DNA from: an uncultured Elusimicrobia bacterium
Lineage (GTDB): Bacteria; Elusimicrobiota; Elusimicrobia; Elusimicrobiales; UBA9959
Assembly (NCBI GenBank): GCA_937870775.1
Contig: CALMZU010000306.1
Location: 1 to 41,538 of the forward strand
Direction of reading: 5' to 3'
Length of the DNA: 41,538 bases
Shown here: positions 28,311 to 38,997 of the stretch, one piece after another
Layout of the letters: each line of letters begins with the position of its first letter
Position numbering within the stretch: position 1 is the stretch's first letter
Notes under the pieces: generated by a model
Database searches by the model: none
What the model was told of the DNA's origin: nothing
What the model saw: only the letters and a program-made list of their open reading frames with translations
Position numbers and translations under genes: made by a program

Positions 28311-29351
28311 TTAGTTGCGGTAAGACTTGAGGAATTCGGGCCTCTGCTGGATCTTGTCCAGCTCTTCGAGATACTTGCCGCAGCCCAGCGCGACGCAGCT
28401 CAGGGGATCGGCGGCCCGGTGAACGGGCAGCTCGGTCTCCTGCCGGATGAGCTCGGGGAAGCCGCGGAGCAGCGACCCGCCGCCCGCCAGCACCATGCCG
28501 CGGTCCACGAGGTCCGACGACAGTTCCGGGGGCGTCTCTTCCAGCACCTGCTTTATGATGTCAACGATGAGCTGCACAGGCTCCATCAGGGCCTGCCTGA
28601 TCTCTTCCGAGGTCACTAGAATCGTCTTGGGCAGACCCTTGGCCTGGTCACGGCCCTTAACCTCAATAGTCTTCTCTTCTTTCAGCGGGAAAACCGAACC
28701 TATCTGTATCTTGACTTCCTCGGCGGTGGTCTCGCCCACGACGAGGTTGTGCTTGCGCCGGAAATACTGCACTATGCAGTCGTCCATCTCGTCGCCGGCA
28801 ACGTCGAGGGACTTGGCAACCACCATGCCGCCGAGGGATATAACGGCCACCTCGGTGGTACCGCCGCCTATGTCGCATATCATGCTGGCGTGAGGCTCCG
28901 AGACCGGCAGGTCGGAACCTATGGCGGCGGCCATCGGCTCCTCTATCAGCGCGACCTCGCGGGCGCCGGCCTGTTCGGCCGACTCCTGCACGGCGCGCTT
29001 CTCCACCTCGGTGATGCCGGAGGGAATGCCTATCACGATCCTCGGGTGCAGGAGGCTCCTCCTGTTGTGCACCTTGCGGATGAAATACTTTATCATCTCC
29101 TGGGTAACTTCGAAGTCGGCTATCACGCCGTTGCGCATCGGGCGCACGGCCGAGATGCTGGAAGGGGTGCGGCCGAGCATCAGCTTGGCCTCGGACCCGA
29201 CCGCCAGCACTTTCCGCCTGTTCTTGTCTATGGCGACGACCGACGGCTCGCGCAGCACGATACCCTTGCCCTTAACGTAGACAAGGGTGTTCGCGGTGCC
29301 GAGGTCTATGCCGATGTCGTTGGAGAACAGGCTGAAAAAGTAGTCGAACAT
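28311..29351 (-). CDS. mreB: Actin-like cell shape protein MreB
   Basis: [22 protein letters not shown] and GGGSLL motifs. Confidence 0.98.
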   Translation of the reverse strand: MFDYFFSLFSNDIGIDLGTANTLVYVKGKGIVLREPSVVAIDKNRRKVLAVGSEAKLMLGRTPSSISAVRPMRNGVIADFEVTQEMIKYFIRKVHNRRSLLHPRIVIGIPSGITEVEKRAVQESAEQAGAREVALIEEPMAAAIGSDLPVSEPHASMICDIGGGTTEVAVISLGGMVVAKSLDVAGDEMDDCIVQYFRRKHNLVVGETTAEEVKIQIGSVFPLKEEKTIEVKGRDQAKGLPKTILVTSEEIRQALMEPVQLIVDIIKQVLEETPPELSSDLVDRGMVLAGGGSLLRGFPELIRQETELPVHRAADPLSCVALGCGKYLEELDKIQQRPEFLKSYRN

Positions 29352-29376
29352 TTTTCGTTCACCAGGCTCGCGTTCG

Positions 29377-29718
29377 TCAGACCAGTTTAACCAGGGCCAC
29401 CTCGGTGGCGTCGCCGCGGCGGGCGCCCAGCTTCAGTATGCGGGTGAAGCCGCCGTCGCGTTCCTTGTAGCGGGGGGCTATCACTTCGAACACCTTCTGG
29501 TACACGGCCTTGTCCTTTATGACGCGGCGGACCTCGACGCGGCGCTCGTTCTTGGCGTCGGCGATAACGCGCTCGACGACCTTGCGCAGCTCCTTGGCCT
29601 TCGGCAGCGTGGTCTCCACCTTCTCGTGGAGCAGCAGGCTGGAGGCCATGTTGGAGAACATCGCGCGGCGGTGAGAGCCGGTCCTGGAGAGTTTCCTTGC
29701 GCCTAAGTTTCTTGTCAT
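29377..29718 (-). CDS. rplQ: 50S ribosomal protein L17
   Basis: [28 protein letters not shown]. Confidence 0.97.
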   Translation of the reverse strand: MTRNLGARKLSRTGSHRRAMFSNMASSLLLHEKVETTLPKAKELRKVVERVIADAKNERRVEVRRVIKDKAVYQKVFEVIAPRYKERDGGFTRILKLGARRGDATEVALVKLV

Positions 29719-29744
29719 AGCGGTTCCTTAAATGCTTCCTGTTG

Positions 29745-30719
29745 TCAGTCGATCTTCATCCCGAGGTCGAGGCCCATTTCCTTGAGCTTTTCCTTTATCT
29801 CGTCCAGGGATTTCTGACCGAAATTCTTCACGGCCAGCAGGTCGTCCTCGGACTTGCGGACCAGTTCGCCTATCGTGCGGATGCCGGCGACCTTCAGGCA
29901 GTTGGAGGCGCGCGACGAGAGCTCTATCATCTCGACGCCCTGCTCCAGCTTGGAGGCCAGTTCGCCGGCGGGCTCGGCCTTCGCGGCCTCGGCCTTCGCC
30001 GGTTCCTTGGCGGCCTCTTCGGCCGGCAGGAACGGCATGATCGAGCGGCGCAGCAGCGCGGCGGTGTTCTTCACGGCCTCGTCGGGGCTCATCGTCCCGT
30101 CGGTCCAGACCTCGAGCACGAGCTTGTCGTAGTCGGTGCGCTGGCCCACGCGGGCGTTCTCGACGTTGTAGTGCACCTTCTGGATCGGCGAGAATATCGC
30201 GTCCATCGGGATGAACTCCATCGGCAGGTTCATGCGGCTGCGGATCTCCTCGGAGGTCAGGTAGCCGGAACCCTTCGCTATCTCGAGCTCGGCCTCGAAC
30301 TCGGCGCCGCTCTCGACGTGGGCGATCACGAGGTCCTTGTTGATGATCTCGACGTTGGAATTCTCGCGGATGTCGGCGGCGGTCACCGTCTTCTTGCCCT
30401 TCACGCTGATCAGCACGGTCTCGGGGCCGTCGCTGTTCAGGCGCACGCGGAGCTTCTTCAGGTTCAGCACGACGTTGACCACGTCCTCCTGAACGCCGTT
30501 GACGGCGGCGTACTCGTGCTTGGCGCCCTTGATGCGCACGGCCACCACGGCCGCGCCCTCGAGGGAGGAGAGCAGGATGCGCCTGAGCGAGTTGCCTATC
30601 GTGTGGCCGTAGCCCTTCTCATAAGGCTCGGCCGTGAACTTCGCGTAATTGTCCGTTTTCGACTTTTCGTCGATGTTGAGAGCTTCGGGAATTACGAGCT
30701 GTTTAGTGAAAGTGGACAT
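29745..30719 (-). CDS. rpoA: RNA polymerase alpha subunit
   Basis: EPYEKGYGHTIGNSLRRILLSS; alpha-CTD RASNCLK...NFGQKS. Confidence 0.98.
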   Translation of the reverse strand: MSTFTKQLVIPEALNIDEKSKTDNYAKFTAEPYEKGYGHTIGNSLRRILLSSLEGAAVVAVRIKGAKHEYAAVNGVQEDVVNVVLNLKKLRVRLNSDGPETVLISVKGKKTVTAADIRENSNVEIINKDLVIAHVESGAEFEAELEIAKGSGYLTSEEIRSRMNLPMEFIPMDAIFSPIQKVHYNVENARVGQRTDYDKLVLEVWTDGTMSPDEAVKNTAALLRRSIMPFLPAEEAAKEPAKAEAAKAEPAGELASKLEQGVEMIELSSRASNCLKVAGIRTIGELVRKSEDDLLAVKNFGQKSLDEIKEKLKEMGLDLGMKID

Positions 30720-30730
30720 TTAAACCTCGC

Positions 30731-31366
30731 TTACTTGGAATAGAACTCGACGATCAGCTGCTCGTCCACGGAGATGCTGGACTCTGCGCGGTCGGGCCAG
30801 CGCACGAGCTTGCCGGTCTTGGAGCCCGCGTCCCACGACAGGAAGCTGGGGCGCTGGGTCGTCTTCTCGGCGTGCTCGAGGCCCTGCTTCACCAGCGCGG
30901 TCTCGGAGGACTTCTGGTCGAGGGTCACCTCGTCGCCGGGCTTCAGCATGGCGGAAGGGATCGACAGGATGCGGCCGTTGACCTTCACGTGGCCGTGGTT
31001 CACGATCTGGCGGGCCGCTTTCAGCGACACCGCGAAACCGAGGCGGCGCACGACGTTGTCGAGGCGGACCTCAAGGAAGCGCAGCAGCGCGGCGCCGGTC
31101 TGGCCCTTGTCCTTCGAGGCGAGGGAGAAGAAGCGCTTGAACTGCGCCTCGCTCACCTGGGCGGACAGGCGGGCTATCTGCTTCTCGCGCAGGTGCTTGC
31201 CGTAGTCCGACATCTTGTTCTGCGGGCCGGAGGAGAAACGCTTCTCCTTGGCGGCCTTCGCGGCGCGGTCCACGAGGCAGTTCGTGTGGCACTTGGTGCC
31301 CTTCAGGAACAGCTTCTGGTTGATCTTCCTGCACTTCTTGCAGCTGGGTCCGGTATATCTCGACAT
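30731..31366 (-). CDS. rpsD: 30S ribosomal protein S4 (Cys-containing form)
   Basis: MSRYTGP, LEVRLDNVV, IVEFYSK. Confidence 0.98.
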   Translation of the reverse strand: MSRYTGPSCKKCRKINQKLFLKGTKCHTNCLVDRAAKAAKEKRFSSGPQNKMSDYGKHLREKQIARLSAQVSEAQFKRFFSLASKDKGQTGAALLRFLEVRLDNVVRRLGFAVSLKAARQIVNHGHVKVNGRILSIPSAMLKPGDEVTLDQKSSETALVKQGLEHAEKTTQRPSFLSWDAGSKTGKLVRWPDRAESSISVDEQLIVEFYSK

Positions 31367-31395
31367 GTAAAAGTCTCCTTACGTTATCCTGTTGC

Positions 31396-31827
31396 TTACA
31401 CGCGGCGGGCTTTCGGGGGCCTGCAGCCGTTGTGCGGTATCGGGGTGACGTCCTTTATGGACACCACGTGTATGCCGCTCTGCGCGACGGCGCGGATGGC
31501 GGTCTCGCGGCCGGGGCCGGGGCCGCTGACGAAGACCATCGCCTGGCGCACGCCGTAGTCGGCGGCCTTGGCGGCGGCCTTCGAGGCGGTGATCTGCGCG
31601 GCGAAGGGGGTGCCCTTCTTGGTGCCGCGGAAACCGTTGCCGCCCGAGGTGGACCACGCTATCACGCCGCCCTTCTCGTCGGTGAAGGTGATGATGGTGT
31701 TGTTGAACGAGCAGTTCACGTACACGCGGGCGAAAGCCACGGTGCGCACGCGGCGGCGGGGGGCCGCCTTCTGCTCGGGTTTCTTAGCCCCTTCCTGGGG
31801 CTGCTGGTTCTTGTTCTCTTCTGCCAT
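31396..31827 (-). CDS. rpsK: 30S ribosomal protein S11
   Basis: [27 protein letters not shown]. Confidence 0.98.
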   Translation of the reverse strand: MAEENKNQQPQEGAKKPEQKAAPRRRVRTVAFARVYVNCSFNNTIITFTDEKGGVIAWSTSGGNGFRGTKKGTPFAAQITASKAAAKAADYGVRQAMVFVSGPGPGRETAIRAVAQSGIHVVSIKDVTPIPHNGCRPPKARRV

Positions 31828-31880
31828 GTTAGATCTTCCTCCGTGTTATTTCCCCCCCGCCTGCGCGGGGGGGCTGGGCC

Positions 31881-32279
31881 TTAGGCCTTAGCCGGCGCGG
31901 CCGCGGCCTTGGCGGCCGAACCCACAGTGCGGCGGCGGCCGCGGCGGGTGCGCCCGTTGGTGCGGGTGCGCTGCCCGCGGACGGGCAGGTTGCGGCGATG
32001 CCTGTAGCCGCGGTAGCTGTTGATCTCAACGTACCGCTTCAGGTTAGCGGTGATCTCGCGGCGAAGTTCGCCCTCGACCTTGTACTCCTTGGAAATCACG
32101 TTGTTCAGAAGACCAACCTGGTCCTCGGTCAGGTCCTTGACCCGCATCTCGGGGTCGATCTGGGCGGAAAGGCCGGCCAGTATCTTCTTGGCCATCGGGC
32201 GGCCGATGCCGTACACATAGGCCAAAGCTATGCCTATCTTCTTGTCCCTCGGTAAGTCCACACCTGCTATACGTGCCAT
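31881..32279 (-). CDS. rpsM: 30S ribosomal protein S13
   Basis: [26 protein letters not shown]. Confidence 0.98.
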   Translation of the reverse strand: MARIAGVDLPRDKKIGIALAYVYGIGRPMAKKILAGLSAQIDPEMRVKDLTEDQVGLLNNVISKEYKVEGELRREITANLKRYVEINSYRGYRHRRNLPVRGQRTRTNGRTRRGRRRTVGSAAKAAAAPAKA

Positions 32280-32345
32280 ACGTTCTCCTTAAGAACACTC
32301 AATCGGTGACAGCGACCGGTTAAAGCCAACAGTCACTGCTCGCTA

Positions 32346-32459
32346 TTAACCCTGGCGCTGCTTGTGGCGCGGGTCGTCGCATATCACGCGCACCACGCCC
32401 TTGCGCTTTACTATCTTGCACTTCACGCAAATCTTCTTGACGCTAGCTCTTACTTTCAT
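32346..32459 (-). CDS. rpmJ: 50S ribosomal protein L36
   Basis: Translated by hand (not in the ORF track): [37 protein letters not shown]. Confidence 0.97.
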   Translation of the reverse strand: MKVRASVKKICVKCKIVKRKGVVRVICDDPRHKQRQG

Positions 32460-32470
32460 TGAAGCACCTC

Positions 32471-32692
32471 TTATTTTTCCCTGTAAACGATGCGGCCCTT
32501 GCTCAGGTCGTACGGCGACAGTTCCAGTTTCACCTTATCGCCGGGAAGGATCTTGATATGGTGTATGCGCATCTTGCCCGATATGATGCCCAGTATCACC
32601 TTGCCGGGAGCGATCTCCACCTTGAAGGTGGCGTTAGGCATGGACTCTTTGACTATGCCCTCAATTTCGATCTTTTCGCTGTTTTCCGCCAT
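32471..32692 (-). CDS. infA: Translation initiation factor IF-1
   Basis: [30 protein letters not shown]. Confidence 0.97.
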   Translation of the reverse strand: MAENSEKIEIEGIVKESMPNATFKVEIAPGKVILGIISGKMRIHHIKILPGDKVKLELSPYDLSKGRIVYREK

Positions 32693-32731
32693 ATCTTGAG
32701 TATTATACTAAATATCGCCTCCGGAGCGAAA

Positions 32732-33481
32732 TCACGCCCTGCTGAGCACCTCGCAGCCGTCTTCCGTGACGGCCACGGTATGCTCGTAATGGGCGGCCAG
32801 GCTGCCGTCCGCGGAGACCGCGGTCCAGCCGTCATCCTTCACTATCACGCCGGCGTCGCCGAGGCAGAGCATCGGCTCTATCGCCAGCGTCATCCCCGCT
32901 TTCAGCAGCGGGCCCGAGCCCGGCCTGCCGTAATTCGGTATCGAGGGGTCCTCGTGCATGTGACGGCCTATGCCGTGGCCGGTGAACTCCTTCACCACGC
33001 CCATGCCCCGCCCCTCCGCGTACTGCTGCACCGCCCAGGAAACGTCGCCGAGCCTCGCGCCCGCCTTCACGACGGAGATGGCCCTCTCCAGCGACTCGCG
33101 CGTGACGTCCATCAGGCGCCTCGCGTCGGCGGAGACCTTGCCTATCGCGACGGTTATCGCGGCGTCCCCGTAAAATCCTTCCACCACCGCGCCGAGGTCC
33201 AGGCTGACGATGTCGCCTTCCTTTATCAGGCGCTTCGGGCTGGGGATGCCGTGCACGATCTCCTCGTTGATGGACACGCAGACCGTGGCCGGGTAGCCGC
33301 GGTAGCCGAGGAAGGCGGGCTTCGCGCCGCGGGCCCTGATCTGGGCCTCGGCGAACTTGTCCACGTCGGCCGTGGTCATTCCCGCTTTCACGTACGATTC
33401 GAGCTTTAAAAGAACCTGGGCCACCACGCGCGACGCCTTGCGCATGCTCTCGAGTTCGGACGGCGTCTTTATCTCTATCAC
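32732..33481 (-). CDS. map: Methionine aminopeptidase type I
   Basis: CVSINEEIVHGIP, GHGIG, HEDP, AIEPM, HYEHT; GTG start inferred. Confidence 0.96.
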   Translation of the reverse strand: MIEIKTPSELESMRKASRVVAQVLLKLESYVKAGMTTADVDKFAEAQIRARGAKPAFLGYRGYPATVCVSINEEIVHGIPSPKRLIKEGDIVSLDLGAVVEGFYGDAAITVAIGKVSADARRLMDVTRESLERAISVVKAGARLGDVSWAVQQYAEGRGMGVVKEFTGHGIGRHMHEDPSIPNYGRPGSGPLLKAGMTLAIEPMLCLGDAGVIVKDDGWTAVSADGSLAAHYEHTVAVTEDGCEVLSRA

Positions 33482-33483
33482 GA

Positions 33484-34128
33484 TCAGGCCCTGGACTTGA
33501 GGAGGGCCAGCACCTTCTCTTCCACCGCTTCGGGGGACTGCGCGCCGTCGGCCTCGAGGAAAACGCCCGACGAGCGGTAATAGGCCAGGAGCGGCTCCGT
33601 CTGGTCCTTGTAGACCTGCAGGCGGCGCGCTATGACCTCGGCCTTGTCGTCCTCGCGCGTGAACAGCGGTTTGCCGCACGCGTCGCAGACGCCTTCCTTG
33701 GCCGGGGGGTTGCTGATGACGTTGTAGATCTTCTTGCAGCCGCTGCACGTGCGGCGGGAGCCGAGGCGCTTCGCCACGACGTCGTCGGCGACGTTCAGGA
33801 ACACGACCGCGTCGATGTTCTGGCCGCGCGAGGTGAACCACGCGTCGAGCCCTTCGGCCTGCTCCACGGTGCGCGGGAAGCCGTCGAACATCAGGCCGCG
33901 CGTCTCGGCGGCGAGCCTGTTCTTGAGGACCTCGAGCACCAGCTTGTCGGGGACCAGGCGGCCCGACGACATGTAGGAGGCGACTTCCTGCCCGAGCGGG
34001 CTCTTCTTCGCGAGCTCCTCGCGGAAGATGTCGCCGGTGGAGACGTGGAACAGCGCGAGCTTGGTGACCAGGCCCTTCGCGAGCGTTCCTTTGCCGGAGC
34101 CGGGGGCTCCCAGGAGTATTATGTTCAT
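33484..34128 (-). CDS. adk: Adenylate kinase (Zn-binding LID)
   Basis: GAPGSGKGT, STGDIFR, FDGFPRT; CxxC...CxxC in the LID. Confidence 0.97.
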   Translation of the reverse strand: MNIILLGAPGSGKGTLAKGLVTKLALFHVSTGDIFREELAKKSPLGQEVASYMSSGRLVPDKLVLEVLKNRLAAETRGLMFDGFPRTVEQAEGLDAWFTSRGQNIDAVVFLNVADDVVAKRLGSRRTCSGCKKIYNVISNPPAKEGVCDACGKPLFTREDDKAEVIARRLQVYKDQTEPLLAYYRSSGVFLEADGAQSPEAVEEKVLALLKSRA

Positions 34129-34136
34129 GTCAGTCC

Positions 34137-35465
34137 TCAGCTTCCGACGTTGAACCAGCGGCCCTTTATCCTGGAGTTCTTGTAGAACCCCTCGTAGTTG
34201 CGCATCACAAGATGGGCCTCGGTCTGCGCTATAGTGTCGAGGGCCACGCCCACGACGATCAGGAGCGAGGTGCCGCCGAAGTAGAACGGCACGTTGAACT
34301 TGGCGCGCAGGTAGTCGGGCAGCACCGCTATCGCGGAGACGAACAGCGCGCCGCCGAGCGTGATGCGGTTGAGCACCCACTCGATGTGCTGCGCGGTCGG
34401 CTCGCCGGGGCGTATGCCCGGGATGAAGCCGCCCCACTTCTTCATGTTCTCGGCCAGGTCCTTCGGGTTGATGCTGACGGAGTTGTAGAAGTAGCAGAAG
34501 AAGACGATCAGGGCCACGTAGGCCAGCTGGTACAGCAGGCTGGCGTGGTTCATGAAGGCCATCATCTTCTGCGCCCACGGGGCGTTCGGGTTGAAGGAAC
34601 CGATGGTGTAAGGCACGCTCAGGAGCGACACCGCGAAGATGACCGCGATGACGCCGCTCTGGTCCACCTTCAGCGGCAGGAACGTCGAGGCGCCGCCCAT
34701 CATCTTGCGGCCGACCATGCGCTGCGCGTACTGCACGGGGATCTTGCGCTGCGCGGTCTCCACCCAGATCACGAAGCCGATGATCAGGAGCACCATCGCC
34801 AGGATCAGGATGCCGGAGATCAGGCTTATTTCCTCTATCTGTATCAGTTTCACCATGCCCATCACGGCGGCGGGCAGGCGGTCCACGATGCCGGCGAAGA
34901 TGATCAGCGAGATGCCGTTGCCGATGCCGCGCTCGGTCACCTGCTCGCCAAGCCACATCACGAACACGGTGCCGGTCACGAGGGTCAGCACGGTGACGAA
35001 GTAGAAGCCGAACGTCGGGTTGGAGACGATCGCGGGGCCGCCGCCGGCGTTCATGCGGGTGAGCGCCAGCGTGAGGCCCAGGGACTGGAACGCCGCCAGG
35101 AACAGCGTGAACAGCCGGGTGTACTGCGTTATCCTCTTGCGGCCGCTTTCCCCCTCTTTAGCGAGGCGGTCGAGCACCGGGAAGATATGCGCGCCCTGCA
35201 CGAGGCTCATGATGATGGACGCGTTGATGTAGGGCATCACGCCCATCGAGAAGATCGAGAACCTTCCGAGGGCGCCGCCCGAGAAGATATCCAGGAAGCC
35301 GAGCAGCGAGCCCTTCTGAGATTCGAAAAGGGCCTGCAGCGCGGAGGTGTTGATCCCGGGTATCGGTATCGAGGCGCCGAGCCGGTACACGGCCAGCGCC
35401 CCGAGCACGAAGAATATCCGTTTCTTAAGATCCTGGATCTTGAAGATATCGGTTATCTGTTGCAT
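34137..35465 (-). CDS. secY: Preprotein translocase subunit SecY
   Basis: PYINASII, GIGNGISL, IPGIRPG, GGTSLLI. Confidence 0.98.
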   Translation of the reverse strand: MQQITDIFKIQDLKKRIFFVLGALAVYRLGASIPIPGINTSALQALFESQKGSLLGFLDIFSGGALGRFSIFSMGVMPYINASIIMSLVQGAHIFPVLDRLAKEGESGRKRITQYTRLFTLFLAAFQSLGLTLALTRMNAGGGPAIVSNPTFGFYFVTVLTLVTGTVFVMWLGEQVTERGIGNGISLIIFAGIVDRLPAAVMGMVKLIQIEEISLISGILILAMVLLIIGFVIWVETAQRKIPVQYAQRMVGRKMMGGASTFLPLKVDQSGVIAVIFAVSLLSVPYTIGSFNPNAPWAQKMMAFMNHASLLYQLAYVALIVFFCYFYNSVSINPKDLAENMKKWGGFIPGIRPGEPTAQHIEWVLNRITLGGALFVSAIAVLPDYLRAKFNVPFYFGGTSLLIVVGVALDTIAQTEAHLVMRNYEGFYKNSRIKGRWFNVGS

Positions 35466-35467
35466 TC

Positions 35468-36001
35468 TTATTTGTCCGTCTTGGGCTTCTTAGCCTTCGC
35501 CTTCGCGGGAGCCTTGGCCGGTTCGGCCTTGGGGGCCGGGGCGGCGGCTTCCTTGGAGAGCAGGTCGGCCTTGCCGCCGGCCTTCTCTATCTTCTCCTTC
35601 GCGGACGCGGAGAAAGCGTGGGCCTTCACGTTCAGGGCCTTCTTCAGCTCGCCGTCGCCGAGTATCTTCACCAGGTCGGTGTGCTTCACCAGGCGGGCTT
35701 TCACCATCGCCTCGGGGGTCACTTCCTCGCCGGACTTGAAGCACTTCTCGAGGGAGCTGATGTTCACCCACTCGTAGCGGGTCTGGAACTTAACGTTGCT
35801 GAAGCCGCTCTTGGGGATGCGCCTGAGCAGCGGCATCTGGCCGCCCTCGAAACCCACCGGCTTGGTGCCGCCGGAGGTCGCGCCCTGGCCCTTCTGGCCG
35901 CGGGTAGAGGTCTGACCGTGACCCGAGCCCTGGCCGGTGCCGAGGCGCTTCTTCTTGTGCACGGAACCGTACTTGGGTTTAAGATTGTTCATTCCGACCA
36001 T
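35468..36001 (-). CDS. rplO: 50S ribosomal protein L15 (Ala/Lys/Pro C-terminal tail)
   Basis: GQGSGHG, GFEGGQMPL, VKILG. Confidence 0.97.
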   Translation of the reverse strand: MVGMNNLKPKYGSVHKKKRLGTGQGSGHGQTSTRGQKGQGATSGGTKPVGFEGGQMPLLRRIPKSGFSNVKFQTRYEWVNISSLEKCFKSGEEVTPEAMVKARLVKHTDLVKILGDGELKKALNVKAHAFSASAKEKIEKAGGKADLLSKEAAAPAPKAEPAKAPAKAKAKKPKTDK

Positions 36002-36040
36002 AGTATTCTCCTGTTATGAATCGTCTGGCAGCGGGACCGC

Positions 36041-36601
36041 TTATTCGGCGCGGCCGCGGATCTTCATTATCTCTTCCTTGCTCTTGAGCCTCTTCAGCGC
36101 GTCGAGCGTCGCGTAGACGGTGTTGAACGCGTTGCGGGTGCCCAGGTTCTTGGTCAGGATGTTCTTGACGCCGCCGGCCTCGAGGACCGCGCGCACGCCG
36201 CCGCCGGCTATAAGGCCGGTGCCGCCCACGGCGGGTTTCATCCACACCTTGCCGGCGCCGAACTTGCCCTCGACCTCGTGCGGTATCGTCGAGTCGAGCA
36301 GCGGGAACTGGAACATCTCTTTGCGGGCCGCCGCGGTGCCCTTCTGGATCGCGCCCTGGACCTCGTTGGACTTGCCGAGGCCCACGCCGACCTTGCCGTT
36401 GTTGTCGCCGACGACGACGAGGGCGTTGAACGAGAAGCGCTTGCCGCCCTTGACCACCTTGGTCACGCGGTTGATCACCACGGTCACGACCTTCTCTTCT
36501 TTCGCGTTGGTGAGGTCGAGCTCCAGGGTCTCGGGGCCCTTGGGGCCGCCGGCCGCGTTGAGTTCCTTGCTGGTCTTGAGCTGTTTCTGGTTTCTGAGCA
36601 T
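36041..36601 (-). CDS. rpsE: 30S ribosomal protein S5
   Basis: [20 protein letters not shown]. Confidence 0.97.
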   Translation of the reverse strand: MLRNQKQLKTSKELNAAGGPKGPETLELDLTNAKEEKVVTVVINRVTKVVKGGKRFSFNALVVVGDNNGKVGVGLGKSNEVQGAIQKGTAAARKEMFQFPLLDSTIPHEVEGKFGAGKVWMKPAVGGTGLIAGGGVRAVLEAGGVKNILTKNLGTRNAFNTVYATLDALKRLKSKEEIMKIRGRAE

Positions 36602-36614
36602 GTTCGCGTCTCCC

Positions 36615-36977
36615 TTAGAATTTGAGTCCCGCTTCGCGGGCGGCGTCGGCCAGGGCCTTTATGCGGCCGTGGTATATCCTGCCGCCGCGGTCGAAGCAGA
36701 CCTCCGACACGCCGCCGGCGATCGCGCGCTTCGCGAGAAGGGCGCCCACCTGCTTGGCGGTGTCGATGCTCTTGCCCGACTTCGCCTTGGCCTTCAGTTC
36801 CTTCTCCAGGCTGGAGGCGGAGGCTACGGTGGTGCCCTTCGCGTCGTCTATGACCTGGGCGTAGATGTACTTGGTGCCGCGGTACACGCTGAGGCGCGGG
36901 CGGACGATGCCGTTAGCCAGCAGCTTGCTCCTGGAACGGGCCTTGCGGAATTCGTAACGTTCTTGTTTGCTTATCAT
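36615..36977 (-). CDS. rplR: 50S ribosomal protein L18
   Basis: [31 protein letters not shown]. Confidence 0.97.
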   Translation of the reverse strand: MISKQERYEFRKARSRSKLLANGIVRPRLSVYRGTKYIYAQVIDDAKGTTVASASSLEKELKAKAKSGKSIDTAKQVGALLAKRAIAGGVSEVCFDRGGRIYHGRIKALADAAREAGLKF

Positions 36978-36992
36978 ATTCGTTCTCCCGGG

Positions 36993-37562
36993 TTATTTCT
37001 TCGCGGCAGCGCCGGCGCCGGCGCCCGCGGCCGTCTTGCCGGCCTTGCGGATGATATGCTCGCCCTGGTACTTTATGCCGGTGCCCTTGTAGGGCTCGGG
37101 GCGCTTTATCCTCTTGATCTGCGCGGCCAGGTTGCCGACGGCCTCGCGGTCGATGCCCTTTATCGTCAGCACGGTCTGCTTCGGGTCGAAGGACATCTTT
37201 ATGCCGGCCGGTATGTCGACGAGCACCGGGTGGGAGAAGCCGAGCGTCAGCGACACGCGGTTACCCTCGACGGAGCCCTTGAAACCCACGCCGCTGATCT
37301 CCAGGACCTTCTCAAATTCCTTGGTCACGCCGGCGACCATGTTGTTGACGCGGGCGCGGGCGGTGCCGAACAGCGCGGACTTGTCAGCCGCGCCCTGGGC
37401 CACGCTTATGTTGATGACGTTGCCGGCCACGGCGGCGTTGATGCCGTCGGGCAGCGAGTAGCTCAGCTTGCCGAGCGGGCCCTCTACGAGGACCTTGCCG
37501 TTCTCCACCTTCGCCTTGACCTTCTCCGGCAGGTTGACCGGTTTCTTTCCGATTCTGCTCAT
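36993..37562 (-). CDS. rplF: 50S ribosomal protein L6
   Basis: [23 protein letters not shown]. Confidence 0.98.
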   Translation of the reverse strand: MSRIGKKPVNLPEKVKAKVENGKVLVEGPLGKLSYSLPDGINAAVAGNVINISVAQGAADKSALFGTARARVNNMVAGVTKEFEKVLEISGVGFKGSVEGNRVSLTLGFSHPVLVDIPAGIKMSFDPKQTVLTIKGIDREAVGNLAAQIKRIKRPEPYKGTGIKYQGEHIIRKAGKTAAGAGAGAAAKK

Positions 37563-37610
37563 GTTTTTACCTCTTAAACTCTGGATTATAGTCTCGCGGA
37601 CGGTCCGCGG

Positions 37611-38018
37611 TTACCACACCTGGCAGAGAACTTCGCCGCCGAGCTTCTGCTTCTTGGCCTCGGCGTCGGTCAGAAGACCTTTCGAGGTCGAAACTATCGT
37701 CACGCCGAAAGCGGCGCGCACATGCGGCATCTCGTCGTGGCCGCGGTACACGCGCAGGCCCGGCTTGGACACGCGGCGCAGGCCGTTGATCACGGGCTGC
37801 TTGTCGGCGGTGTACTTCAGCGTGATGCGGATCACGCCGCGCCTGTCTATGGTCTTGTCCAGCTTGGGGTCGAGCACCTTGAAATTGGACACGAAGCCCT
37901 CGTCCTTGAGGACCTTCACGAGGCCGGCCTTTATTCCGGAGAACGGCACGTCCACGCGCTCTTTCTTCTTCGCGGTGGCGTTCTTTATCGCCGCCAGCAT
38001 GTTAGATATGGGATCCAT
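37611..38018 (-). CDS. rpsH: 30S ribosomal protein S8
   Basis: DPISNML, RVSKPGLRVY, STSKG, GGEVLC. Confidence 0.97.
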   Translation of the reverse strand: MDPISNMLAAIKNATAKKKERVDVPFSGIKAGLVKVLKDEGFVSNFKVLDPKLDKTIDRRGVIRITLKYTADKQPVINGLRRVSKPGLRVYRGHDEMPHVRAAFGVTIVSTSKGLLTDAEAKKQKLGGEVLCQVW

Positions 38019-38093
38019 CGTTTCTCTCCTTGCAACCGTTAATCTTTTTCCCGGCGCCCGCGGTCGGAATACCGCCGCGGCCGCCGCACGTCC

Positions 38094-38279
38094 TTACCAG
38101 CTGGACTTCTTCAGGCCGGGGATCAGGCCGTCGTGCGCCATCTTGCGCAGGCAGATCCTGCAGAGACCGAAGTCGCGGTAGTAGCCGCGCGGCCTGCCGC
38201 AGATCTGGCAGCGGTTGCGGAAGCGCGTCGAGAACTTCATCGGTTTGCGCATCTTCGCCATCCAAGCGTATGTAGCCAT
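38094..38279 (-). CDS. rpsN: 30S ribosomal protein S14, type Z
   Basis: [23 protein letters not shown]. Confidence 0.97.
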   Translation of the reverse strand: MATYAWMAKMRKPMKFSTRFRNRCQICGRPRGYYRDFGLCRICLRKMAHDGLIPGLKKSSW

Positions 38280-38306
38280 TTCTTTCTCCTGTTCCCTTTT
38301 GGAATC

Positions 38307-38984
38307 TTATTTCTTGACTTCGGGCTTCTTGAAAGGCATGCCCATGTACTCGAGCAGGGCCTTGCCCTTCTTGTCGTCGCCGGCGGTGGTCACGAACGTG
38401 ATGTTCATGCCGCGCGCCTTCGGGGATTTTTCCATGTTGATCTCGGGGAATATGTGGTGTTCCTTGAGACCGATGTTCATGTTGCCGCGGCCGTCGAAGA
38501 CCCTCGGGTCGAAGCCCTGGAAGTCGCGCATGCGCGGGACGCTCAGGGAGACGAAGCGGTCCAGGAACTCGTACATGCGGGCGCCGCGCAGCGTCACGCG
38601 GACGCCTATCGGCATGCCTTCGCGCAGTTTGAAGTTCGAGATCGACTTCTTGGCCTTGCGGACCTGCGGGGCCTGGCCGGATATGGCGGTCAGGTCCTCT
38701 TTCGCCAGGTCGAGCGCCTGGATGTTCTCGCGGGCCTCGCTGACGCCGATGTTGATGACGATCTTGGTCATCTTCGGGCAGGCCATCGGGGACTTCAGGC
38801 TGAAATCCTTCATCAGGGCCGGCTGCACCTTGGTCTTGTACAGCTCGCTCATGCGCACCTTGTAGCCCTTCGGCATCGGGGCGACCGCGCCCTTGGGGGC
38901 CTCGGTCACCTGCACCTTCTGGTGCTGTTCCTTCTTGTGAGCCTTCTGCTCTTTGCTGCCTTTTTCAGGGGTTTCCTTCGCCAT
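38307..38984 (-). CDS. rplE: 50S ribosomal protein L5 with N-terminal extension
   Basis: KIVINIG, FKLREG, PRMRDFQG, IFPEI. Confidence 0.97.
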   Translation of the reverse strand: MAKETPEKGSKEQKAHKKEQHQKVQVTEAPKGAVAPMPKGYKVRMSELYKTKVQPALMKDFSLKSPMACPKMTKIVINIGVSEARENIQALDLAKEDLTAISGQAPQVRKAKKSISNFKLREGMPIGVRVTLRGARMYEFLDRFVSLSVPRMRDFQGFDPRVFDGRGNMNIGLKEHHIFPEINMEKSPKARGMNITFVTTAGDDKKGKALLEYMGMPFKKPEVKK

Positions 38985-38997
38985 TGTAAATTACCTC

